From Candidatus Kapaibacterium sp. (lineage in GTDB: Bacteria; Bacteroidota; Ignavibacteria; Kapaibacteriales; WFXC01), in assembly GCA_015490805.1 (NCBI GenBank), contig WFXC01000033.1, positions 5,347 through 69,346 on the forward strand: a DNA stretch of 64,000 nucleotides, written 5' to 3'. Shown in pieces: positions 19,198 through 28,926 of the stretch. Position 1 is the first letter of the stretch. Every line of letters starts with the position of its first letter. The notes beneath the pieces were generated by a model, which was not told where the DNA came from, searched no databases, and saw only the letters and a program-made list of their open reading frames with translations. A program made the position numbers and the translations under genes.

Positions 19198-21432
19198 TTA
19201 CTGCATAGACATTTGCACCCTTCCCCGAACAGTCACGTAAACGTTCCGACCAGGCGCGGGAAGATCGTTCCAATCAGAAAACCGATGATACTGCTGATCG
19301 AAAACATTCGCAACGCCCAAAGCGACGTACATTTCTCGTAACATTTGCCAGCCTGCCTCCACATCCCATACCATATAACCAGGATCCGGGGTCTCCCCTG
19401 CCCACCGAGCAACTTGCCTGTTTGCTACAGCCATTTCTCCCTGTACTTCAATCCACCAGGGCTTAGGCTGATAGCGCACAACTGTTCGCAATGTCCACGG
19501 AGACATTGCAGGCAATGGCAGTCCATCGCTCCGCTGTCCTGTTTCTGCCTTGAGAATGCAACCAGTAGTGAGCCCTGACAGCACCTCAAACCAACCTGCA
19601 AGACTCAAGCCCAGGTTCCACGCTGTTCCTGCATTCCTATACTGTTTCACACCCTTGGATCCGATCGTCATTGGCGGTATATCAATTCGGGATGCAGCAA
19701 CGTATTGCATAAACCAGTTTCCATAGATCATAGCGACCACTGTTCCATTTTTTCGAGCATAGGAAACGTGTGCGTTCAGATACCACCGCTGCTCTGGTTG
19801 CAATCGGGGATTCCCAAGATAATCATATCCATCTTGTGACTGGAACAGATAAAAGCCGTACAACTCGCTTTGATGCAATAGGCGTTGCTGATAGAGCAGT
19901 TGCAATGAAGTCTCTACAGCTTCGAGAATTTTACCCTCCAGAGCAATGCCTCCGCTCCAGGCATACTGGAAACGCTCTGGCGAAAAATCCCCGACCAATC
20001 CCTGCAACACTGCGATTTCATCCGCTCGTTGCAACCGGGTTTGTGCCACTGAAATTTCTACGTGGGGAATGAACGTTCCCCAGCTAGCAATGGGCACGTA
20101 GGATTGTCCCACCACACTCCAGACAGAACGCGACATCTCGGGCCACGTTGGCATCCACATCGGCGTTGCATCCGGGGCATACATTACCATTTCAGCGTGC
20201 ACGTATTCTGACCGGTACTCGGTCGCAACCTTTGTCGGGATTCCGGCGATGGTTGAATGGAGGGTCAATTTACCACCAAGCACCCGGGTATGTCCCGGCA
20301 TATCCATATGAACAGGCACTTGGCGCTTCCAATCATCCATATAATGATCGACCCGGCTGCCAAAGACCTGGAAAACTGCTTCCCGCAACCAGGTCTGGTG
20401 GACAGGCTTGTACTGCAAAGCGAGATTTCCCAATCGCAATCGGTCGTACCGGGTATCCATTGGCAACGCTGCAAATCCAATATCATAACCGTCATCCCCG
20501 ATGAAAACGCCGGACAGTCTGAACTGAGGACTCAGTTGTGCAATACCGTGAATGCGGTAATTCCACTTGCGGAATCCTGAGGGATCGATCAATTCTCCCC
20601 CACCGGCGCGATAATTCGCCGCCCGGCGATAGGTTCCATCAACAATGAAACCCAGTGTCGGCGACTGATATTGCGACCGAACGTACGCTCGCACCTCGCG
20701 ATTGACACTCCCATACGACAGTTGCCCTGTCCACATCGTCTGCTTCGGTCCCATCCGTGGAGAATCTGGAATGAAATGGACCATAGCAAATTCCCCTCCA
20801 GACTGTGCAAACTGCACAGCAACATTTTGAAGCGCCTCTGGCTCAACATACGTATTGGCTGGATCCATATGATCCGTACAGGCTGGTAACACCGGTACAT
20901 CCGCAATGCGGAATTCATACCGCTTCATTCCCATTCCCTGAACCAGCGGTTCACCTGCCATTGCAGCTCGCCGCTGAATGGAAATCTGTGGCAGAAATGC
21001 CAGATATTGATCAATAGACCGAGGACTCAAACGAAGCAGGTTTTGCTCGTACTGCTCGCGGGCTGAGCGGTAGCTGCTGATTACTATGTTTTGCAATAAC
21101 AGCGGTTGACTCACCAGAGACACTGACACCCAAAGCGTATCTCCAGTGACCGTCACCTGCGATTGCCACGGACGGTATCCCAGTTTCCGCACAGCAAGCA
21201 AGAGTTGCGGTCGCCGGGGCGTGTAACGAACTATTAGCTTTCCATGGCTATCCGTCACCCCAACCGCAATAGAATCAACGGAACAAATGGCGCCGGGAAC
21301 CGGTCGTTGTGTCTCAACGTCCTGAACCTGCCACACAATGGAAATTTGCTGAGCCGATGTTGTAACTGATAGTACCACACTGAACACCGTTATTATCATC
21401 CCCACCTTTTGCATCATCCTTTCCCTCCGCAT
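19198..21432 (-). CDS. TonB-dependent receptor, copper-receptor (OprC/NosA)-like
   Basis: Signal peptide and N-terminal extension domain; plug ACTDHMDP (CxxxMD); Met/His-rich HMDMPGH, HAEMVMY, PMWMPTWPEM; GNPRLQPE; C-terminal PGRNVYV. Confidence 0.85.
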   Translation of the reverse strand: MRRERMMQKVGMIITVFSVVLSVTTSAQQISIVWQVQDVETQRPVPGAICSVDSIAVGVTDSHGKLIVRYTPRRPQLLLAVRKLGYRPWQSQVTVTGDTLWVSVSLVSQPLLLQNIVISSYRSAREQYEQNLLRLSPRSIDQYLAFLPQISIQRRAAMAGEPLVQGMGMKRYEFRIADVPVLPACTDHMDPANTYVEPEALQNVAVQFAQSGGEFAMVHFIPDSPRMGPKQTMWTGQLSYGSVNREVRAYVRSQYQSPTLGFIVDGTYRRAANYRAGGGELIDPSGFRKWNYRIHGIAQLSPQFRLSGVFIGDDGYDIGFAALPMDTRYDRLRLGNLALQYKPVHQTWLREAVFQVFGSRVDHYMDDWKRQVPVHMDMPGHTRVLGGKLTLHSTIAGIPTKVATEYRSEYVHAEMVMYAPDATPMWMPTWPEMSRSVWSVVGQSYVPIASWGTFIPHVEISVAQTRLQRADEIAVLQGLVGDFSPERFQYAWSGGIALEGKILEAVETSLQLLYQQRLLHQSELYGFYLFQSQDGYDYLGNPRLQPEQRWYLNAHVSYARKNGTVVAMIYGNWFMQYVAASRIDIPPMTIGSKGVKQYRNAGTAWNLGLSLAGWFEVLSGLTTGCILKAETGQRSDGLPLPAMSPWTLRTVVRYQPKPWWIEVQGEMAVANRQVARWAGETPDPGYMVWDVEAGWQMLREMYVALGVANVFDQQYHRFSDWNDLPAPGRNVYVTVRGRVQMSMQ

Positions 21433-21495
21433 TTGAAACTATCTGCCTTCTCCCGAGAACTGCCCTGCCAGGTACCGAGAGGGCAGCCTTAACTT

Positions 21496-22305
21496 TTAAA
21501 AGGTCACAGGAAAATCGACTTTGCCAATGTGAACGCCATCCCGATAAAATGCCGTGTGAATCACCCAATCGCCGGTCATTGTAAAGTTGACCTTGCCCTG
21601 ATACCGACCCTTCCGGATATGGACCGGATTCTGATTATTCGGCGATCCATGGCCCATCGAAGGCATCTCTGGCTCAATCTCAATGGATAAATCCGTAACA
21701 GGCTCAAAACGGTGCATCACCTTCCGATACACAAACAGATCGAAATCATTCAATCCTACCTCTGGATTGGATATATGTAATGCAGCGATAATTTTCGCAC
21801 TGTCCAGGGCAGAAATAAAAGCTTTGACCCGTTCGGCATAATACACTTCTATCGGTAAAGTCAGGTCCAGCGTATCCTGTCCAATGGTTCCAGTGAGATG
21901 GACTGTCCAATCGCCCATTTTATCGCCGCCCGGACTGTAAGTCGCCATTACCCATACGAGGTGCACCTGATACCCCTGGAGCTGAGCATCCCAGAATAGC
22001 GTATCGATGGGGGTGGAATGCGACATTCCACCTTGCATCGCCATTTCAGGCTCAAACTGCAAATTCGAAACCTGAACATATTGCCCGTTGTGCTTGACCG
22101 TGATTAACAATTCCGCATATCCAGCACGCAATGTATCGTGAGCATAGATGGCTACCTCACCCCACGCTGTCTGCTGGCGAGCCACCACCAGCGAAAAAGA
22201 TTGCCCCTGGTCATTCTGATCATCCGGTGTTGTGGGATTAGAGGTCTCGCACCCACTCTGGATCAACAACACAAAGATTGCCAGGAGGAAAATCGTATAT
22301 TTCAT
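21496..22305 (-). CDS. YtkA/FixH-like lipoprotein with two Met/His-rich repeats
   Basis: Lipobox IQSGC; PEMAMQGGMSHSTP...WVM...GDW and PEMPSMGHGSPNN...FTMTGDW. Confidence 0.8.
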   Translation of the reverse strand: MKYTIFLLAIFVLLIQSGCETSNPTTPDDQNDQGQSFSLVVARQQTAWGEVAIYAHDTLRAGYAELLITVKHNGQYVQVSNLQFEPEMAMQGGMSHSTPIDTLFWDAQLQGYQVHLVWVMATYSPGGDKMGDWTVHLTGTIGQDTLDLTLPIEVYYAERVKAFISALDSAKIIAALHISNPEVGLNDFDLFVYRKVMHRFEPVTDLSIEIEPEMPSMGHGSPNNQNPVHIRKGRYQGKVNFTMTGDWVIHTAFYRDGVHIGKVDFPVTF

Positions 22306-22394
22306 TGTTGGTTTCTCCAGATTTTGTGGAACTTTCTCTTACCATTTTAGAATTTTTGAGAATCCTCATCGTTAAGAATTCTGCTGCTACCGGC

Positions 22395-22520
22395 ACTTCA
22401 GGACAGAACACTGCTCCGCCCTGAAGTCCTGCATACTTACCTTCAGGCTCCCTTCTTCCAGCGCATCATTGCGCTGCCGCACTTTGTCAGTGCACTATAA
22501 AGGGCAGCACCCAAATGCTG
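22395..22520 (-). promoter_or_regulatory. Structured intergenic leader (four hairpins) upstream of the Cu-uptake genes
   Basis: 15-bp stem at 22395-22427 with three G-U pairs that form only in the minus-strand RNA; further stems at 22459-22476, 22479-22493, 22505-22520. Confidence 0.55.
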
Positions 22521-22563
22521 CTGAGAGTATCAGTGGATAATTTTGCTCTGGCAGTGAGTCTTT

Positions 22564-22938
22564 TTAGAAATTTGGAGGATGGTCAATTCCCGGGGGGTGT
22601 CCCTCAAGGAGGGCATATATTTCGGCAAACAACATCGCTACCACTATCTGCACAAGCGGTTGGAACGCCTTCAACCTTTCCACTATAGCGATGATCTGCT
22701 CCAGATTCTGGAGGAAATGGACAACGGTTCTCGACTGCGTATCCACAGGATCTGGCGGCTGCGTAATTTTCCGCACAAAACATTTGCCGTGGCAACTGGG
22801 ATCCTTAACAGTATTTACACAATAGGTCCGGGCAATCTGATCTTCCCACACCCAATAGGCAACCCATCCCAACGATGGCGCCAGTAAATACACCGCTACA
22901 TTCACTAAGATAGCACTATGGAGCAAGCGGCGTCCCAT
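22564..22938 (-). CDS. Small membrane-anchored Cys-motif protein with C-terminal HPP motifs (candidate regulatory upstream ORF)
   Basis: Hydrophobic N-terminus, YCVN...PSCHGKC, ends EGHPPGIDHPPNF; ATG immediately follows the nosY stop. Confidence 0.7.
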   Translation of the reverse strand: MGRRLLHSAILVNVAVYLLAPSLGWVAYWVWEDQIARTYCVNTVKDPSCHGKCFVRKITQPPDPVDTQSRTVVHFLQNLEQIIAIVERLKAFQPLVQIVVAMLFAEIYALLEGHPPGIDHPPNF

Positions 22939-23727
22939 TTAAAAATCCCGATGGGCAAATCGTTTCAATCCCACAAAAACAGGAATGCTGACCCACAACA
23001 ACAAGGCGCCTAAAGCCAGACTGATGCCCAATGATGTTCCGAAAAATTCCCGAAATACCGCCCCTGTATACCCCATCAATGCAGACACATCCAGTTGGAG
23101 CAACAAAGCAACCCGTCCCAGATCCACAGGATTCAAAAACATTGCAGCAATGAGCGGTTGTTCCAGTGGATAATCCCGAAAAACCGTTGCTAAGTAAAGC
23201 ACCACTGCATCATAGACAACGGTGAGCGCCAGCCACAGCAGCAATGCAAGGCTCATCCCCACCGTCCGCTCTTCAGCGAAAATAGCAAACATCATCCCCA
23301 GCGACAAAAAGATCAGGATCAGCGCTGTTCCGACAATAAACAACGTTCCAAAAGCGCCGGCATAGCCTGCCCAACTACCAAAGACAAGGAAGGGTAAAAG
23401 CACGCCCAGAACAAAAGACGCGACAAATGGGGCTACAATACCCAACCACATCCCTCCATACAGCTCTGATCGGTAGATCGGTTGAGTCAACATCAACTCA
23501 ATAAAGGAAGTGGCATTATACACATAAAACACCCCAAACAGCACGCTAAGGAGAGGAAGGAATATCAATGTGACGTTGAGCAAACTGACCAAAACCTTTG
23601 CCTCATTCTCTCCAAAATAAAACAATACAGCGGTCAGGAAGAAGAACAACGCAAAGACGACAAATACCCACCGAGTTCGCAAAACATTGAAAAATTGATA
23701 TTTGGCAATTTTCAACGTATTGCTCAT
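22939..23727 (-). CDS. nosY: ABC transporter permease NosY
   Basis: Multi-TM; FIELMLTQPI.R, NPVDLGR, ALMGYTGAVF; position in nos operon. Confidence 0.9.
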   Translation of the reverse strand: MSNTLKIAKYQFFNVLRTRWVFVVFALFFFLTAVLFYFGENEAKVLVSLLNVTLIFLPLLSVLFGVFYVYNATSFIELMLTQPIYRSELYGGMWLGIVAPFVASFVLGVLLPFLVFGSWAGYAGAFGTLFIVGTALILIFLSLGMMFAIFAEERTVGMSLALLLWLALTVVYDAVVLYLATVFRDYPLEQPLIAAMFLNPVDLGRVALLLQLDVSALMGYTGAVFREFFGTSLGISLALGALLLWVSIPVFVGLKRFAHRDF

Positions 23728-24440
23728 CCTTCTACGCCGCTATATTGCAACACTTCAGCAATTGCTTCTTCCAGATTTTTCGTCCCGGTACGATCGATCA
23801 ACACTTGTTTTGCTTCCTTGAACAATAATTTCCCATCCAGCAAGAAAATCACATCGTCGGCTAAAGCAGCAATCTCCGGTAGAATATGAGAAGTAAAAAT
23901 GATTGTTTTACCCTGTTGTTTTTCTTTTTGGATTTTCTTCTTCAAAATCAAACTAGCAACTGGATCCAGCCCCACCGTCGGTTCATCCAGCACATAAATT
24001 TGCGGTTGAAATAAGAACGCCAGATAGGCATTCAGCTTCTGGCGCGTTCCCCCGGACAATTCCTTGCTCTTTTTTGTTAATTCCCGGTCCAGGTGAAATT
24101 GCTCGAACAACTCTTCATCGTAATGCGTCACATCGGAGCGAATATCTTTCATCATTCGGATGATCTCCCCAACAGTAAGATGCTCCGGGAACTGAGCAAT
24201 TTGGGGCATATACCCTATTTGTTGCCGATACTCTGGATGTGCATTCACCCGATGATCGGCAAGAAGAATATCGCCTGAATCGGGATGGACCAATCCCAGT
24301 AAGCATTTCAACAATGTCGTCTTCCCCGATCCATTGGGTCCCAAAATTGCTGTAATCCGTCCCGCCTCAATTGAGACCGTGATATCTTTTAATGCGTGAA
24401 GCTGTCCATAGCGCTTCGATATGTTGAGAAACTGGATCAT
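23724..24440 (-). CDS. nosF: ABC transporter ATP-binding protein NosF
   Basis: GPNGSGKTT, IGYMPQ, LSGGTRQK, LDEPT.GLDP; between nosD and nosY. Confidence 0.9.
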   Translation of the reverse strand: MIQFLNISKRYGQLHALKDITVSIEAGRITAILGPNGSGKTTLLKCLLGLVHPDSGDILLADHRVNAHPEYRQQIGYMPQIAQFPEHLTVGEIIRMMKDIRSDVTHYDEELFEQFHLDRELTKKSKELSGGTRQKLNAYLAFLFQPQIYVLDEPTVGLDPVASLILKKKIQKEKQQGKTIIFTSHILPEIAALADDVIFLLDGKLLFKEAKQVLIDRTGTKNLEEAIAEVLQYSGVEG

Positions 24441-25691
24441 TCAGAACACCACTTTCTGCAACAATGGATACCGGTCCACTAATGTTTCAGGAGTTAAGAC
24501 GGGGAATACTTGCTCAGCGATTTCAAGCAGATCGATCAAGAAACCGCGAAGCAAAATAAGTAATGGGGGATTTTGCTGCACCAGCAATGAAAATAGGCGG
24601 ACTGGATGATATGGAACATCTCCGATACCATCCCCATCTAAGTCATATCCCTTGTACTGATCCCAGAAATTATATGCAAAACGATTAAAATTCTGCCGGC
24701 TATTGGTACTGACATCAAAGCTATTGCCGATAAACGAATTGTGGTGGATGTACAAACCTTCCGAATTTGCCATCACGATCATTGCCCACCCATTTTGCTG
24801 GAAGAGATTACTGTCAATTTCAATCCGGGAAGATCCCTCACTATGAATCCCTACAGTATTGCGAATAAATCGATTAAAGCGAATGCGACTATCGGAAATT
24901 TCTTTCAACAGCAATCCATACGACGAAGGTCCCCAATTATACGCAAAAACATTCCGTTCCATCAAGACTCGCCGGGTATACATTACAGCAACACCAGCAC
25001 CGTTTCGCCGGAAGGTATTCCACCGGTACTGGCAGGAATCGGAAAACATAAAGTGTAATCCATATCGCAGGTTTTGTTCACTGAGATTGTGTTCAATAAG
25101 AGAACTTTGCACAAACTCAAAATAAATTCCATCCCGATGTCCTCGGATACGATTATTCCGAATGATCATTCCCTTGCAATACCATAGGTGAATTCCATTG
25201 CCAGAAACCGCTTCTCGCACACTATGCGCAATCAGCGTGTTGTTCTGAATGATACAGAAAGCCGACTCTGCGGCATAGATTCCGAAGAAGTTATCCAGCA
25301 AAATGCAAGAATCCACAACACAATGTTGCACCTTCTCCAGCCGAATGGCAGCATTGTCCTGCATAAAACTCACCCCAGCACGCTGTACCACGATCTTTCG
25401 GATCACCACAGAGTCGGCTTCAACGACAAACACTTCTGTTTGCCCTGCGCCATCGACCACAGGATTACCTTGCCCAACGATCGTCAATCGCTTCTTTACG
25501 TGAATAGGACCTTCAGCGTAATGACCAGCCGTAATGAGGATCGTATCTCCGGCTGCCGCCGCTGCGATAGCAGCTTTGATACTGGAATACTCTTCACCTA
25601 CCACTAGCCGGGCAGCCTGTGCACTTTCTGGCGCTAACGCGATCAACAATGCTATGGAAAAAAGCCATCTCACCGTTGTTCCAACTTCCAT
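24441..25691 (-). CDS. nosD: Nitrous oxide reductase maturation protein NosD
   Basis: Beta-helix repeats, GNGIHLW, RDGIY, LRYGLHFMFS, YDLDGDGIGD.PY; start at ATG 25691. Confidence 0.95.
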   Translation of the reverse strand: MEVGTTVRWLFSIALLIALAPESAQAARLVVGEEYSSIKAAIAAAAAGDTILITAGHYAEGPIHVKKRLTIVGQGNPVVDGAGQTEVFVVEADSVVIRKIVVQRAGVSFMQDNAAIRLEKVQHCVVDSCILLDNFFGIYAAESAFCIIQNNTLIAHSVREAVSGNGIHLWYCKGMIIRNNRIRGHRDGIYFEFVQSSLIEHNLSEQNLRYGLHFMFSDSCQYRWNTFRRNGAGVAVMYTRRVLMERNVFAYNWGPSSYGLLLKEISDSRIRFNRFIRNTVGIHSEGSSRIEIDSNLFQQNGWAMIVMANSEGLYIHHNSFIGNSFDVSTNSRQNFNRFAYNFWDQYKGYDLDGDGIGDVPYHPVRLFSLLVQQNPPLLILLRGFLIDLLEIAEQVFPVLTPETLVDRYPLLQKVVF

Positions 25692-26146
25692 TGTTCTGCG
25701 ACCAATGCAACGACCTGGGGCCACTGGAGAATTTCCCCATCATATTGTTTTTGCAGTCGCAATGCCTGTGCTTCTGTCGATACCGCCAACAGCGACATTC
25801 CCATTGGACTTCGAATCTGCGGCGAATGGAGATAAAATGCACTTTCTGCTGGAACAAACTTATCAAGTTCCTCAAAATCCACTACCCACATTGATTGGAT
25901 CTGATCTTTTGGAATTTTGTTGGTATAAACAAACGCCGCCAGACATTCAATCGCATCAAAAGGATAAATTTTCCCTTTTGTGGTAATGAGCTCAGCCCCA
26001 AACTTGGGATCACTCACCACCATTGAACAATAGGCACATTGCTCCTGTCCCAACTGGAGCGGGCGGGGCTTATGAGCACCACAGCCAGCGAAAAGCAATG
26101 CCAAAATCACCAAGCTAAAACCATATAGCCTGAGTGCCCGCATCAT
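25670..26146 (-). CDS. nosL: Copper chaperone lipoprotein NosL
   Basis: Lipobox LFAGC, CAYCSM, FDAIEC, SPMG; start at ATG 26146. Confidence 0.93.
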   Translation of the reverse strand: MMRALRLYGFSLVILALLFAGCGAHKPRPLQLGQEQCAYCSMVVSDPKFGAELITTKGKIYPFDAIECLAAFVYTNKIPKDQIQSMWVVDFEELDKFVPAESAFYLHSPQIRSPMGMSLLAVSTEAQALRLQKQYDGEILQWPQVVALVAEQWKLEQR

Positions 26147-26150
26147 TGTC

Positions 26151-26807
26151 TCACGCCACTTTCGCTGTCGCTGCTGAACGCTGCGTTGGAAAATTCCGGG
26201 ATATCCCTGCCGTTGCCGCTGCACGCTTTCGATCGATAAGCAATGCGAGCACCCCAAGGAGTATACCAGCGATGATCAGATAAGTACCCCAATATGGCAG
26301 CGACGTAGCAGTAATATTGAGCAATTGTTTGGTGCCAAGCAGTGGCGGCTGGTAACTCATTCCCGGAATCTTGATGGGGGCGTTCGGATTCAAATTATGT
26401 CCGTAATCATACTCCCATTTCCAGAAATCGTAGATACCTAAAATCGCAGCAACCAGCGTCAAACCGATCCAGGTTGCTACCAACTTTCGATTGCCAACAA
26501 TTGCCGCTATGAGTCCCAGCACAACTAATGCCACAACAATCCAGGGCATAATATCAAATTCCGGAATTGCATGAGGATCAATTTTATCCATCCCGATATA
26601 GTGATTCAACGTGTTGATATTTTCCAGATCGTTCGGCTTTTCCCCCGTAATATGATTGACCCAGATATACATCCCCAATCCTTCAGGGTACTGCGGGGCA
26701 TCCAGGCTGATTTTCCAGATGGGCAATATGAATACTCCAAGGTATAACAATGCTCCAACAGCAACCAGAATTCGGCTTCCTATTCCCATTTTTTGTTGTC
26801 CTGCCAT
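26151..26807 (-). CDS. nosB: Clade II nos membrane protein (NosB-like)
   Basis: PIW.I.L.APQYPEGL, NTLNHYIGM, W.YDYGHNL.P.API, YQPPL.G.KQL.N; 4 TM; directly after nosZ. Confidence 0.88.
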   Translation of the reverse strand: MAGQQKMGIGSRILVAVGALLYLGVFILPIWKISLDAPQYPEGLGMYIWVNHITGEKPNDLENINTLNHYIGMDKIDPHAIPEFDIMPWIVVALVVLGLIAAIVGNRKLVATWIGLTLVAAILGIYDFWKWEYDYGHNLNPNAPIKIPGMSYQPPLLGTKQLLNITATSLPYWGTYLIIAGILLGVLALLIDRKRAAATAGISRNFPTQRSAATAKVA

Positions 26808-26846
26808 CGCTCTGTCCTTTCTTTCCATCCACATTCATACTCTCAG

Positions 26847-26879
26847 AAACAAAGGGGGTGCCGCAGCAGGCGACACCCC
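26847..26879 (-). terminator. Intra-operon hairpin/attenuator after nosZ
   Basis: Minus-strand GGGGTGTCGC-CTGCT-GCGGCACCCC followed by CTTTGTTT. Confidence 0.65.
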
Positions 26880-26891
26880 AAATTTACGAGC

Positions 26892-28868
26892 TTACTGCCC
26901 TGACTCGCCTTCCTTATAGGTCCCATACGAAATCTTGACACTGGCATTCCGCGGCGAGACCCGGATATATCCCTGCATTTCCTGGTGTAATGCAGAGCAG
27001 AAATCGGTACAATAGAACGGATAGACACCCGGTTTCTTTGGCTCCCACACCAGAGTCTTCGTTTGCCCTGGCATTACCAATATCTCCGCATTATTTGCTC
27101 CGATGATTGCAAATCCGTGTGGGATATCCCAATCCTGTTCCAGATTAGTCACGTGGAAATACACTTTATCGCCTACTTTGACTCCCTCGATATTATCAGG
27201 AGTAAAGTGGCTGCGGATAGCGGTCATATAAATATGGACTTCGTTTCCCTGCCGCTCAACACGGGCTTCCTTCTCACTCTTTGCCGCATATGGGTGTTGA
27301 TTTTCTTCCAGCTTAAAAATCTTTGCGGATCTTTTCATTAGGATTTCCGCTGGAATCGCCTGAGCATAATGAGGTTCACCCAGTGTTGGAAAGTCCAACA
27401 GCAGCTTCATCTTATCTCCACTAATGTCAATCAACTGTGCTGCGTGGCACAGCTCCGGTCCGGTAGGTAGATAGCGGTCTTTCGTAATTTTGTTTAATGC
27501 GATAACATATTTTCCCCAGGGCTTCCTACTATCACCACCAGGGATGCACAGATGACCAACTGAGTAATAAACTGGGATACGGTCCACGACTTCCCAGGTT
27601 CCCAGTTTCCACTTCACAATTTCAGAAGAAATAAACGCGGTTGTATAAGCGTATCCCTTCCCATCAAACTCAGTGTGCAGGGGTCCCAGTCCTGGATTTT
27701 CTACTTCACCCGCGATTATCGCTTCATACTTCAAAACAGGAATACCATCAACCTCTCCTTCGAACTCCTGATTCTCAATCGCCTTCAGCATCTTAGAAAA
27801 GGAGTGCACAGGAATCACGGTCGCTAACTTTCCACCGGCGACAATGTACTCGCCACTCGGATCCACGTCAACACCGTGTGGTGACTTTGGCGTGGGTAGG
27901 TAATAAATCAGTCCCGGGCAGTCCTTGGGATACAGAACCTTAACTTTGGTTCGCTTATGCGCTGTTGCTGTATGTGTCTTATCATCATACTCGTTGTTGT
28001 AGTATACAACCTCTTCCTCTACATACTTACCCTGCTTGAGGTACTCTTCTGCTTTCTTCCAATTCACTGCTGCAATAAAGTCTTTGTCTTTCCGCGAGGC
28101 GTTGATCTCCAGCAAGGAATACGCCTGCTCGGTATTATAGGACGTGAAGAAAACCCATCCGTGAGACGGTCCCTTTCCAGCATGCGCCAGGTCATAATCA
28201 TATCCCGGTACTCGAATCTGGAATGCCAAATCCATATCACCCGTTTCTGGATCAACGGAAATAAAGCTGATAGTAGCCCCAAAGTGCTTTTTGTACTCAG
28301 AAATCGGAACATCACGCTGGGGAATTGGCACTGCAAAACGGGTCGATGCAACCACGTACTCTGTGTTCTGTGTTACAAACGGTGAAGCATGATTTCCTGC
28401 TGAATTCGGCAACTCAATAATTTCCACAGTTTCAAAAGTCCGGAGATCGATTCGAGCGACCCGCGGCGTATTGTTAGCATTGATGAAAAGCCACCGTCCA
28501 TCTGGCACCCCATCGGTCTGAGAAAGTTCCGGGTGGTGCGAATCATCCCAGGGAACAAATCCGTGAGAAGTCATCAACATCGGTTTGGTTTCTTCGGAAT
28601 AACCATACCCATTCTCCGGATATTGCGAAAATACTGGGATGATCTTGAACAACCGACCGGAAGGCAATCCATGAACAGCAACTTGTCCACTAAACCCTCC
28701 TGACATAAACGCATAAAATTCATCGTATTGGCCAGGCGGCACATAGACCCGCGAAGCGACGTCACTGGAACTCTTCGTTACTTGCTGCTGCTGTGAACAA
28801 TAGCTAAGTCCACCAACCAGCGCGATGATAACGCCCAAACCCATCAGGATGCGGAAGGAACGTTTCAT
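26892..28868 (-). CDS. nosZ: Sec-dependent (clade II) nitrous-oxide reductase
   Basis: No twin-Arg signal; SGGFSGQ, DDSHH, GNH, KSPHG, GPLH, VGH, EPH (CuZ His); CuA HGF...YCTDFCSALHQEM. Confidence 0.98.
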   Translation of the reverse strand: MKRSFRILMGLGVIIALVGGLSYCSQQQQVTKSSSDVASRVYVPPGQYDEFYAFMSGGFSGQVAVHGLPSGRLFKIIPVFSQYPENGYGYSEETKPMLMTSHGFVPWDDSHHPELSQTDGVPDGRWLFINANNTPRVARIDLRTFETVEIIELPNSAGNHASPFVTQNTEYVVASTRFAVPIPQRDVPISEYKKHFGATISFISVDPETGDMDLAFQIRVPGYDYDLAHAGKGPSHGWVFFTSYNTEQAYSLLEINASRKDKDFIAAVNWKKAEEYLKQGKYVEEEVVYYNNEYDDKTHTATAHKRTKVKVLYPKDCPGLIYYLPTPKSPHGVDVDPSGEYIVAGGKLATVIPVHSFSKMLKAIENQEFEGEVDGIPVLKYEAIIAGEVENPGLGPLHTEFDGKGYAYTTAFISSEIVKWKLGTWEVVDRIPVYYSVGHLCIPGGDSRKPWGKYVIALNKITKDRYLPTGPELCHAAQLIDISGDKMKLLLDFPTLGEPHYAQAIPAEILMKRSAKIFKLEENQHPYAAKSEKEARVERQGNEVHIYMTAIRSHFTPDNIEGVKVGDKVYFHVTNLEQDWDIPHGFAIIGANNAEILVMPGQTKTLVWEPKKPGVYPFYCTDFCSALHQEMQGYIRVSPRNASVKISYGTYKEGESGQ

Positions 28869-28926
28869 TGGGACACCCCATTGAACTTGTTAAACATACA
28901 ATCCATTTCCCCCGGCAACGGGGCTT

